DNA of 64,000 nt from Spirochaetaceae bacterium. GTDB lineage: Bacteria; Spirochaetota; Spirochaetia; DSM-2461. Shown in pieces: positions 51,189-59,676 of this stretch. The translations under genes and the position numbers were made by a program. The DNA lies in contig JAOPTT010000007.1 of the NCBI GenBank assembly GCA_051531975.1, forward strand, positions 56,985 to 120,984, read 5' to 3'. The notes below the pieces were generated by a model. The model made no database searches. It was given only the letters and a program-made list of their open reading frames with translations, and was not told the origin of the DNA. The first letter of the stretch is position 1; each line of letters starts with the position of its first letter.

Positions 51189-51722
51189 ATGGACTTACAA
51201 AAACTATTTGATTTGCAAACAGAGATAGAAAATGACATTAGTAATATAACTACTATCCCTGAAGATGAAATGGGATCTCACAATGTTGAAGAATTACGTT
51301 TTTTAGCTCTTCACATAAAGATTGCAGAGTTAGCAAACCTAACAAAGTGTTATAAGTATGTACATATAAAAGAAAATATTCCAAAAGATAAACTAACTTT
51401 AAGGTATGTTGATGCATTCCAGTATCTTCTTTCAATAGGAAACAGAACTGGTTATCATATTATTAGATACGATGCTCTACCAAACGTTGCTGAAAAGGAT
51501 GTTATTAAACTTTTCTCTATATTAATAGACCAAACTTCCCAGGTAAAAAAATACTTCTTTAACGATAACTTTATTCAAGGGATTCATGAGTATACTCTAC
51601 TGTTTGCCATTATGGTAAATCTTGGAAAAGCTCTTAAAATAGATTTTAAAGATGCAGAACAGATCCTTAAAAATAAGAGATTAACTTTTACTACTTTGAA
51701 GTTTGAAGAAATTAACCTATAA
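51189..51722 (+). CDS. dimeric all-alpha dUTPase-like protein, degenerate
   Basis: LFDLQ…LALHIKIAELANLTKCYKY…YVDAFQYLLSIG. Confidence 0.7.
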   Translation: MDLQKLFDLQTEIENDISNITTIPEDEMGSHNVEELRFLALHIKIAELANLTKCYKYVHIKENIPKDKLTLRYVDAFQYLLSIGNRTGYHIIRYDALPNVAEKDVIKLFSILIDQTSQVKKYFFNDNFIQGIHEYTLLFAIMVNLGKALKIDFKDAEQILKNKRLTFTTLKFEEINL

Positions 51723-51967
51723 CCAGTAAATTTTTAATGTAAATTTAATGTAATTTTATTTTTTACCATGTACGTTGTGGACTACTGCTCTTATTATTTA
51801 TATAATTTTATTAACTATTTAATAATAAGAGGCAATAATGAAAAAGTTACTATTAATATCCTTAATACTCCTATATCTAACAGGATGTGATCTTTTTACA
51901 TCTAACAATGATTCTAATAATTCTGAAATAACTATAACTTTACCTAATTCTAGGGCACTAATTGATG
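51695..51967 (+). repeat. copy 1 of duplicated segment (dUTPase tail + promoter + lipoprotein 5' end)
   Basis: Aligns with 53054..53308. Confidence 0.85.
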
Positions 51968-52773
51968 TCGCATCAATATCTTTAACTATTTCAGGTACTG
52001 GGATGAGTAATCTTGAGCAGACTGTAAATGGTACAAGTAGTATCTCTGTAAATGTTCCTGTTGGAAGTGATCGTACATTTGACATTGTTGTTACTCTTGA
52101 GAATGGTAATACTCTTGTTGGAAGCAGTACTCAGGATATATCTTCAGATACTTCTGCAGTTGTTATTATACTTGATATCGCAGAATCTACATATAGTAGC
52201 TATACGCATATAGAATTTGTAGTAGATGCAGAGACAGGTGGAGGTCCCGGTGTAGGATCTAATATGCAACTAACAGTCATCGATGATACTATTTCTTGGT
52301 TGTACAAAACTTCTGGAGTAGATCAATTTGAGGATATATACAGGGGAACTGAATATACAAAAAGTGTAACTACAAGCTCTGCTATTTTTGACTTTACTTC
52401 TGATAATGGTTTGGAACATTTTGAATTTGATTTTAATACTGAAAACTCTGGAACATTTCTATCTACCGTATCTACCGGAGAGTATACATATTCTGGGACA
52501 TTTACCGCCTATACAACAAGTAGAAGCGCTGAAATTTTAGAATTTGATATTGAGGGTGATTCTGGGATATTTAATGGAACAGATATTGCAGTTACATATA
52601 ATGGGGGTGATGTTTCAGCTTTAACTCCGACTATATCATTATCAATTGGTGCCTTTGTATCTCCTGCATCTGGTTCTGTGCAAAATTTTACTTCACCTGT
52701 GAACTATATTGTAACAGCAGCAGACGGTACTATTAAGGTTTACACAGTAACAGTTACAATTGCACCATCTTGA
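51838..52773 (+). CDS. modular lipoprotein 1 (C-terminal DUF5018-like beta-sandwich)
   Basis: LTGC lipobox, LPNSR, GSDRTF; C-terminal VSPASGSVQNFTSPVNYIVTAADG. Confidence 0.8.
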   Translation: MKKLLLISLILLYLTGCDLFTSNNDSNNSEITITLPNSRALIDVASISLTISGTGMSNLEQTVNGTSSISVNVPVGSDRTFDIVVTLENGNTLVGSSTQDISSDTSAVVIILDIAESTYSSYTHIEFVVDAETGGGPGVGSNMQLTVIDDTISWLYKTSGVDQFEDIYRGTEYTKSVTTSSAIFDFTSDNGLEHFEFDFNTENSGTFLSTVSTGEYTYSGTFTAYTTSRSAEILEFDIEGDSGIFNGTDIAVTYNGGDVSALTPTISLSIGAFVSPASGSVQNFTSPVNYIVTAADGTIKVYTVTVTIAPS

Positions 52774-53053
52774 GTATAAGGAAGAGTTAAAGTGGAATCA
52801 AATGAACAATTTGAATTTTGTTAATAAAGATAAAAAACTTGGCAAACAAATAAAAGATTATATTGGTTTCCGAATTGTTAGAACATCTGCAGGAAAAGGT
52901 TATAAACTTCTTCTTTTTAGATAATTAGAAGAAATCAAAGATCTATCTGAACTAAAGCTGAAAGTGTGTAAGCGTTCTCAGATTTTACTAAACTCTGTGA
53001 TGTTTTGATATGTTAAAAGTAACTGGGCAAGAATTGTACTTGAGGTTTAATAA

Positions 53054-53308
53054 TTTGAAGTTTGAAGATATTAATTTATAAAGTAAGTCCATTTTAATTA
53101 TTTATTGCATATAATAATCTAGACTACAGTATTTTTTAGTCATATAATTTATTAACTATTTAATAATAAGAGGTAACAATGAAAAAAATATTATTTATAT
53201 CCTTAATTCTCCTATATCTATCAGGGTGTGATCTATTTATATCTAATAAAGATTCTAATTATTCTGAAATAACTATATCTTTACCTAATTCTAGGGCTTT
53301 AATTGATG
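53054..53308 (+). repeat. copy 2 of duplicated segment
   Basis: Aligns with 51695..51967. Confidence 0.85.
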
Positions 53309-54207
53309 AGGCTGGAGTATACGAGCTAATTGTGAGTGGTACTGATTTTGAGGATGTAACTATTACTTCTGAAACTGGCACTTTAACTACAGAAGTCTTG
53401 ATTGGTGATGACCGTACATTTACTGTGAATATATATAATTCAGATCGAACACTTCTATTATATACTGGCGAAACTACTGAGAATGTTATTTCATCTGGTT
53501 TAACAAATATTGATATTACTCTTTCACAATCAGCAGGGCAAATAATATACCATAGTAATAGTCAAACAGGTGGATCAGTTCCAGCCAATTCTGATTATTA
53601 TAATTTTAATACTGAGATTACTGTTTTAGATAATACTAATTCATTGGTTAAAACGGGGTTTTCATTTTTTAGTTGGAACACTTTAGAAGATGGGAGTGGT
53701 ACTACTTATTTTCCAGATTCAATAGTTACAATTTCTAGTGGTGATGTTCATCTGTATGCAGACTGGTTTGACCCTGCATCAATCTCCGCTGATGCTTATG
53801 AAGCTGATAATAATAAAGTGGATGCGGATACTTATAATAGAACAATTTCATTAAATGAGACACAATACCATACTATTGATATTGCAGGGGATTTTGATTG
53901 GATGAAGTTTGATGCAACAAGTGGTGTTACCTATACATTTTATACCACTGAGACTGGGCATGAAACGAGTGTTGATACTTATATGTACTTGTATGATGTT
54001 GATGGTACTACACTCATTGAAGAAGATGATGATGATGGACAAGATTATCGTGGTCTATGTTCAGCTATAGTTTTTCCATGTACTACCACTGGTACTTATT
54101 ATCTAGTAATAAAGGATTTAAATAGTGGAGGATATAGTCTTGATTATTTTGTGTCGGTGGTAGATTCAGCTTATACTCCACCAGCCTATGATGGTGGCGG
54201 AGAGTAA
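53179..54207 (+). CDS. modular lipoprotein 2 (InlB B-repeat + PPC-like domain)
   Basis: LSGC, LPNSR, GDDRTF; GFSFFSWNT..DGSG…LYADW; DAYE…DFDWMKF…DTYMYLYD…DDD…GTYYLVI. Confidence 0.82.
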   Translation: MKKILFISLILLYLSGCDLFISNKDSNYSEITISLPNSRALIDEAGVYELIVSGTDFEDVTITSETGTLTTEVLIGDDRTFTVNIYNSDRTLLLYTGETTENVISSGLTNIDITLSQSAGQIIYHSNSQTGGSVPANSDYYNFNTEITVLDNTNSLVKTGFSFFSWNTLEDGSGTTYFPDSIVTISSGDVHLYADWFDPASISADAYEADNNKVDADTYNRTISLNETQYHTIDIAGDFDWMKFDATSGVTYTFYTTETGHETSVDTYMYLYDVDGTTLIEEDDDDGQDYRGLCSAIVFPCTTTGTYYLVIKDLNSGGYSLDYFVSVVDSAYTPPAYDGGGE

Positions 54208-54221
54208 TCTTAATAAACTAA

Positions 54222-54593
54222 CTATAACAGTTCTTCTTCTACAGACGCATAATATTCTATTTTGTAATCAATAGTACTAAGTGCATTTTTTAATGTTTCC
54301 ATCTCTTTTAGTATGGTTTCTCTTTGGTTACTTAATAGTTCTTTTCTATCACAAGCAGTAATATTACCTTGATTCATAAGCTCTTTATATTCTTTAATTT
54401 TTTTTAATGGCATACCTGTAGATCTTAGGCATAATACAAATTTTAACCACTCTAAATCGTGATTTGAATATCTTCTGTGACCATTAGGAAGCCTTAAAAT
54501 ATCAGTTAATAATCCATCTTTCTCATAGTATCTTAAAGTATCGCTGGTTAGACCTGTCTCATTTATTATTTCTTTCATTGTAAAATTTTTCAT
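54222..54593 (-). CDS. MerR-family regulator (AdhR-like)
   Basis: TLRYYEKDGLL…NGHRRY…CLRSTGMP…KIEYY. Confidence 0.92.
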   Translation of the reverse strand: MKNFTMKEIINETGLTSDTLRYYEKDGLLTDILRLPNGHRRYSNHDLEWLKFVLCLRSTGMPLKKIKEYKELMNQGNITACDRKELLSNQRETILKEMETLKNALSTIDYKIEYYASVEEELL

Positions 54594-54620
54594 AAAATAA
54601 TAATAACACATTATTAACCC

Positions 54621-54651
54621 TTGACCTAGAGCAAGCTCTAAGTGTTAAGGT
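54621..54651 (+). promoter_or_regulatory. MerR-type promoter/operator
   Basis: TTGACC-19-TAAGGT with dyad TAGAGC-AA-GCTCTA in the spacer. Confidence 0.85.
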
Positions 54652-54674
54652 AATAACAGTGAGAGGGAAAACAA

Positions 54675-55838
54675 ATGAACAATTTTACATACGATAATAA
54701 AACTAAAGTAATTTTTGGTAAATCAACAGAGGATTGTGTTGGTTCAGAAACAAAAAAATATTCAGATAAAGTTCTACTACATTATGGTGGTGGAAGTATT
54801 AAAAAAACAGGACTATATGATAGAGTTTTAAAATCTTTAAAAGAAGCAGATGTTGAAGTTATTGAGTTAGGTGGAGTATCTCCAAACCCAAGACTAACAT
54901 TAGTTAACGAAGGTATTAAAATCTGTAAAGAGAATAATATTGGGTTTATTTTAGCTGTTGGAGGTGGAAGTGTAATCGATTCTGCTAAAGCTATAGGTGT
55001 AGGGGTTTGTTACGAAGGTGATGTTTGGGACTTTTATGAATATAAAGCTTCACCTAAAAAGACCCTACCTTTAGGAGTTATATTAACAATTCCAGCAGCA
55101 GGAAGTGAAACTAGTCCTGGAAGTGTAATTACAAACCAAGCTAAGAAACTTAAACGTGGAATGGGTGCTATATGCATGAGACCGGAGTTTTGTATATTAA
55201 ATCCAGAACTTACATTTACTCTCCCAGATTATCAGACAGCATGTGGAGCTGCAGATATGCTTGCCCATGTTATGGAGAGATATTTTGTTGCTACAAAAAA
55301 TGTTGATCTAACTGACAGATTATGTGAAGCTACTATGAAATCTATAATATTACAGGCAAAAAAACTTGTAATTAATCCTAATGATTATGAGGCTCGTGCT
55401 GAAATTATGTTAAGTGGAACAATAGCTCATAATGATAGTTTAGATGTTGGACGTGGGGGAGATTGGGCATCCCATGAGATGGAACATGAACTTAGTGCCA
55501 TGAATGATATAGCCCATGGAGCAGGGTTAGCAATAATATTCCCTGCATGGATGAAGCATGTATACAAAGAAAATCCAGATAAGTTTGTACAGTTTTTCAC
55601 TAGGGTTTTTAACATAGACGAAAACCATGAAAATAGAGAAGAGACTATACTGTTAGGAATAAAAGCTTTAGAAGAATTTTACAAAGAGTTAGGATTACCA
55701 ACTAGATTATCAGATGTGGATTTTGATAATAGCCTGATTCCTGAGATGGCAACCAAAGCTGTAAAAGGTGGAACATTAGGTAATTTTAAAACATTAACAA
55801 GTGTCGATACAGAAAAAATATACAACTTAGCAAAATAG
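54675..55838 (+). CDS. iron-containing alcohol dehydrogenase (BdhA/YqhD-like)
   Basis: YGGGSIK, GGGSVIDSAK, HVMERYF, WASHEMEHELSA…HGAGLA. Confidence 0.93.
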   Translation: MNNFTYDNKTKVIFGKSTEDCVGSETKKYSDKVLLHYGGGSIKKTGLYDRVLKSLKEADVEVIELGGVSPNPRLTLVNEGIKICKENNIGFILAVGGGSVIDSAKAIGVGVCYEGDVWDFYEYKASPKKTLPLGVILTIPAAGSETSPGSVITNQAKKLKRGMGAICMRPEFCILNPELTFTLPDYQTACGAADMLAHVMERYFVATKNVDLTDRLCEATMKSIILQAKKLVINPNDYEARAEIMLSGTIAHNDSLDVGRGGDWASHEMEHELSAMNDIAHGAGLAIIFPAWMKHVYKENPDKFVQFFTRVFNIDENHENREETILLGIKALEEFYKELGLPTRLSDVDFDNSLIPEMATKAVKGGTLGNFKTLTSVDTEKIYNLAK

Positions 55839-55847
55839 GAAGGAATT

Positions 55848-56543
55848 ATGGATATCAGAGGAAAATGGGCACTAGTTACAGGTGCTAGTAGAGGTGTTGG
55901 TTTACGGATAGCTAGAGCACTTGCAGAGAAAGGTTGTAAAGTTATTCTTCATTCCAGGAAATTAGAAGGAACTAAAGATCTGTTAGATGAACTAAAAGCA
56001 GAAGGTGTAGAAGCTTTCTCTGTAGCTGCAGAACTGAGTTCTTTAGAACAAGTTGAGGCCTTAATAAAAGAGGTTAAAGAGATCACTTCTGATCACTTGG
56101 ATATACTTTACAACAATGCAGCAATTATGACTGCTTATAGAGATATGTTTGCACCAACTGCTGGGGAGTACATGGATAGTTTTTTTGTGAATTCTGTTGT
56201 TCCTTCTAAACTTTGTGATGCTTTTTTACCAAGTATGTTAAAAAGAGATTGGGGTAGAGTTGTAAATGTAACTTCTGGTATTGCGGATCAGCCACAGTTG
56301 ATGGCATACAGTTGTTCAAAAGCTGCATTAGATCGATACGTTAGAGATATGGTTACATCATTAAAAGATACAAATGTATTAATGAGTTTATTGGATCCTG
56401 GTTGGTTAACTACAGATTTAGGTGGTCCAGATGCTCCTAATAGCCCTGATACAGTTCTGCCTGGTGCAATGATTCCTGTACTTCTTGAAAAAGAGGAAGG
56501 TTCTGGTAAGTTCTTTAGTGCTCAGGATTATAACTTAAAATAA
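55848..56543 (+). CDS. short-chain dehydrogenase/reductase
   Basis: TGASRGVG, NNAA, YSCSK. Confidence 0.92.
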   Translation: MDIRGKWALVTGASRGVGLRIARALAEKGCKVILHSRKLEGTKDLLDELKAEGVEAFSVAAELSSLEQVEALIKEVKEITSDHLDILYNNAAIMTAYRDMFAPTAGEYMDSFFVNSVVPSKLCDAFLPSMLKRDWGRVVNVTSGIADQPQLMAYSCSKAALDRYVRDMVTSLKDTNVLMSLLDPGWLTTDLGGPDAPNSPDTVLPGAMIPVLLEKEEGSGKFFSAQDYNLK

Positions 56544-56631
56544 TTAAATATTTTTTAGTTCACAATAACCCCTTATATAGTTTAAAATGCATAGATATTC
56601 AAATATTGTATTCTATCTAAGGGGGAGTTAT

Positions 56632-57813
56632 ATGAGGAAAACAGTTTTACTCATAATTTCTAGTCTATTATTAACATTTGTTGCGTGTGAGCTTTTTCAA
56701 CCTCAAGATAAACTAGAATATACAAACATAAATTTATCTCTACCTAATTCTAGGTCTTTATCTGAAGATATTGTTAATTACGAATTAGTAGTTACGTCAT
56801 CAGGTATGGTTACTGAAACATATACCTCGATAACTGATAGTATTTCTGCAGAAATCCCATCAGGCTCTGATAGAACGTTCACATTAAGTATTTATAATGA
56901 TGATAACTCAATACTACTTTACCAAGGTACAGAGACAGTTGATCTTGAGCCTGGTGGAACTATCTCTTTAGAAATAACTGTTTCAAGAACAGCATTTTAC
57001 ATTACATATGATGGGAATGAAGCTACCACTATTACTATTCCAGATACCCTATATTTCGAAGATAACACCAGTGTTACAATTGCTGGTAATTTAACTAATT
57101 TAGTCTATTCTGGTTATACATTTTCGGAGTGGAATACAGCCGCTGATGGTAATGGAACGAGTTATGATATTGGTGATGCTTTAACACTTGATGGTCAGGA
57201 TATTACTCTTTATGCCATATGGGCTGTTGAATATGATACCAATATACTGTTTTTTGATGACTTTAGCAGTACAGGTAATCTTCATGGGCAAAGTCCAGAT
57301 GTAGGTTCTGGGACATGGGATGTAACTTTTGGAGGATTATCTACATCCTCAGGTAGTTGCATAACTTCAGGTACTACAGGAGTCGTTGATACGGGTTTTG
57401 GTACATTTACTAGAGCAATGGCTTCTGGTGAAATATTAACATTAGAATTTACAACATCAGCGATTACACCTTTTGGTAATGCAGGGTGGGCTGGAATAAG
57501 TCTTTTTGCTGGTGGAACAGAAAAATTTTATTTTGGAAACATAGGTGGTTTTAATGGTTGGGGGATCGACGTTGTTGGATTTACTCAGTCAACTACTTCC
57601 CCTCTTTTAACTACTTCTGCTCAGGTTGCTACCTTTACATATGAATATAGTTCTGGATATTGGACATGGTCTATTGCAGGCCAATATCATACTGGTACAG
57701 GTACATCTGATCTAGAAATAAACCAGGTACGTATTGGTGGTGAGGCATCATCAACAACTGATATCTCTGTGGATTCCATTGAAGTTACAGTTGATATTGC
57801 ACCTCCTTCTTAA
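56632..57813 (+). CDS. modular lipoprotein 3 (InlB B-repeat + lectin-like beta domain)
   Basis: FVAC, LPNSR, GSDRTF; GYTFSEWNTAADGNG…LYAIW; LFFDDF-initiated beta-rich domain. Confidence 0.8.
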   Translation: MRKTVLLIISSLLLTFVACELFQPQDKLEYTNINLSLPNSRSLSEDIVNYELVVTSSGMVTETYTSITDSISAEIPSGSDRTFTLSIYNDDNSILLYQGTETVDLEPGGTISLEITVSRTAFYITYDGNEATTITIPDTLYFEDNTSVTIAGNLTNLVYSGYTFSEWNTAADGNGTSYDIGDALTLDGQDITLYAIWAVEYDTNILFFDDFSSTGNLHGQSPDVGSGTWDVTFGGLSTSSGSCITSGTTGVVDTGFGTFTRAMASGEILTLEFTTSAITPFGNAGWAGISLFAGGTEKFYFGNIGGFNGWGIDVVGFTQSTTSPLLTTSAQVATFTYEYSSGYWTWSIAGQYHTGTGTSDLEINQVRIGGEASSTTDISVDSIEVTVDIAPPS

Positions 57814-57901
57814 TAAGTAGTAGCACAATAGTTACAAATATCTCTTTATCTGGTTTATACTCTAGATATAATCATTAATTTTATATTAGTTGGAGGACAA
57901 A

Positions 57902-59626
57902 ATGAGAAAAAATAATGCACTCATTATCTCTGTAATTCTCATGCTATTTTTTGTATCATGCGAGCTTTTTCAGACACAAAAGGAATCAGAATATTCTCTT
58001 GTTAATATAACTCTTCCTAGTTCCAGGTTATTATCAGATAACATTAGGCAATATGATTTAGTAGTTTCTGCTACTGATTTAGGTAGTGAAACTTATACTG
58101 ATATATCTGAAGAGACCTCTTTAGAAATTTTAGCAGGATCAGATCGGACATTCACATTAAATGCATATAACGAAGATAAATCTCTGCTGTTATACCAAGG
58201 TGTAAAAGTTTTAGATCTTGAACCTGGTATTGATACACCTATAAACATTGTTATTTCTAGGTCTGCTAGAACTATTACATACCATGATAATGGGACTGAT
58301 TCAGGTAGTGTTCCAGAGACTCTGTATTATAATAACAATACTGAAGTAGTTGTTTTGGGAAATACTGGTCTGCTAGTAAAAGATACTTACAACTTTGATG
58401 GATGGAATACTTTAGCAGATGGAAGTGGTTCTAGTTATGTGGTTGGTTCGTTAATAGATATTGAAGCTGAAGATATAGATTTATATGCAAAATGGAGTTC
58501 TTATCCAACTTATACGGTTTTATACCACCTTGATGATGGGGTTGGAACACTTCCAACAGATCCAGCAACATATTATGAAAATGATGATATAACTTTAGCA
58601 AGTAGTGCTGGTTTAACTAAATCTGGGTATTATTTTTACGGATGGTCTACTAGTTTAGGTGGTTCAATAATTACAGGGGCATACCCATGTCCATCAAATA
58701 ATGTGACATTTTATGCAGTGTGGGCAGTGTTTACAACTGGAACATTTACAAATGCTAGTGCTACTGGTGCAGTTGGTCCAACCCAAGCACAACTTGATGC
58801 AGAATATTCAGGAACAAGTTTAGAAGGATATGTTACTAATCCATCTACTAATGATGGTTACCAATTGTGGACCGTTCCAACTACTGGGGACTATATTATT
58901 GAGGCAACGGGTGCCCAGGGAGCTTATAATGTTGGTTCTGCACAAGTTGGTGCGAATGGGGCAACCATGGTCGGTACTTTTAGCCTAACTGCTGGGGATC
59001 AATTAATTATATTAGTTGGGCAGCAAGGTTCAATATCAGTTGGAGCTTCTTCTAGTTCAGGTGGAGGAGGAACATTTGTTACAGTGATTGATTCAGGTTC
59101 TTCTTATATTCATGTTCTGAGTTCTCAAAAAGTTACACCTCTAATTATTGCTGGAGGAGGCGGTGGAGTTGGTAACAGTGGAGAGGAACAAGGAGTCGGA
59201 GGAGCTATAACTAATTCCGGAACATTAGATGGTGGAGGTAATGGAACTCCAGGGACATCTGGTGGAGGAGGTTTATCTGGAACTATCGCTAATAATAATG
59301 GTGGCGGTGGTGGAGGTGGCTTTATTGGTAATGGTACAGTCAAACTATCAAATAGTGGTTATCCAGGGTATTCATTTTTAAATGGTGGACTTGGTGGATC
59401 TTCTAGAGACGGTGGATCCTATGGTGGATTTGGTGGAGCTGGTGGAAATCATGAATCTACTGGTGGTGGTGGTGCCGGAGGAGGTTACTCCGGTGGTTCT
59501 GGTGGACAAAATATCTCTATTTATTATGGTGGAGGAGGTGGAGGTTCCTATAATACTGGAACAAGTCCTACTAACACTGCAGGTAATAACTCAGGAAATG
59601 GTTCCGTAATAATAACTTTACAGTAA
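57902..59626 (+). CDS. modular lipoprotein 4 (two InlB B-repeats + ALK/LTK-like glycine-rich domain)
   Basis: FVSC, LPSSR, GSDRTF; two B-repeats; GPTQAQ…QLWTVP…GAQG…PLIIAGGGGG and poly-Gly runs. Confidence 0.82.
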   Translation: MRKNNALIISVILMLFFVSCELFQTQKESEYSLVNITLPSSRLLSDNIRQYDLVVSATDLGSETYTDISEETSLEILAGSDRTFTLNAYNEDKSLLLYQGVKVLDLEPGIDTPINIVISRSARTITYHDNGTDSGSVPETLYYNNNTEVVVLGNTGLLVKDTYNFDGWNTLADGSGSSYVVGSLIDIEAEDIDLYAKWSSYPTYTVLYHLDDGVGTLPTDPATYYENDDITLASSAGLTKSGYYFYGWSTSLGGSIITGAYPCPSNNVTFYAVWAVFTTGTFTNASATGAVGPTQAQLDAEYSGTSLEGYVTNPSTNDGYQLWTVPTTGDYIIEATGAQGAYNVGSAQVGANGATMVGTFSLTAGDQLIILVGQQGSISVGASSSSGGGGTFVTVIDSGSSYIHVLSSQKVTPLIIAGGGGGVGNSGEEQGVGGAITNSGTLDGGGNGTPGTSGGGGLSGTIANNNGGGGGGGFIGNGTVKLSNSGYPGYSFLNGGLGGSSRDGGSYGGFGGAGGNHESTGGGGAGGGYSGGSGGQNISIYYGGGGGGSYNTGTSPTNTAGNNSGNGSVIITLQ

Positions 59627-59640
59627 TAGAGCTATAAAAT

Positions 59641-59668
59641 GTTGCTACTAACATATCTTAGTAGCAAC
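59641..59668. terminator. bidirectional hairpin between convergent genes
   Basis: GTTGCTACTAA-N6-TTAGTAGCAAC. Confidence 0.75.
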
Positions 59669-59676
59669 GATTATAA

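Noticed and set aside
59150..59550. GGT/GGA-rich low-complexity tract as a tandem repeat or VNTR
   Set aside because: Codon-level consequence of poly-glycine; no fixed nucleotide repeat unit.
51838..59626. Diversity-generating retroelement, shufflon or integron as the driver of lipoprotein variation
   Set aside because: I found no reverse transcriptase, recombinase, TR/VR pair, inverted crossover sites or attC-like repeats in this window.
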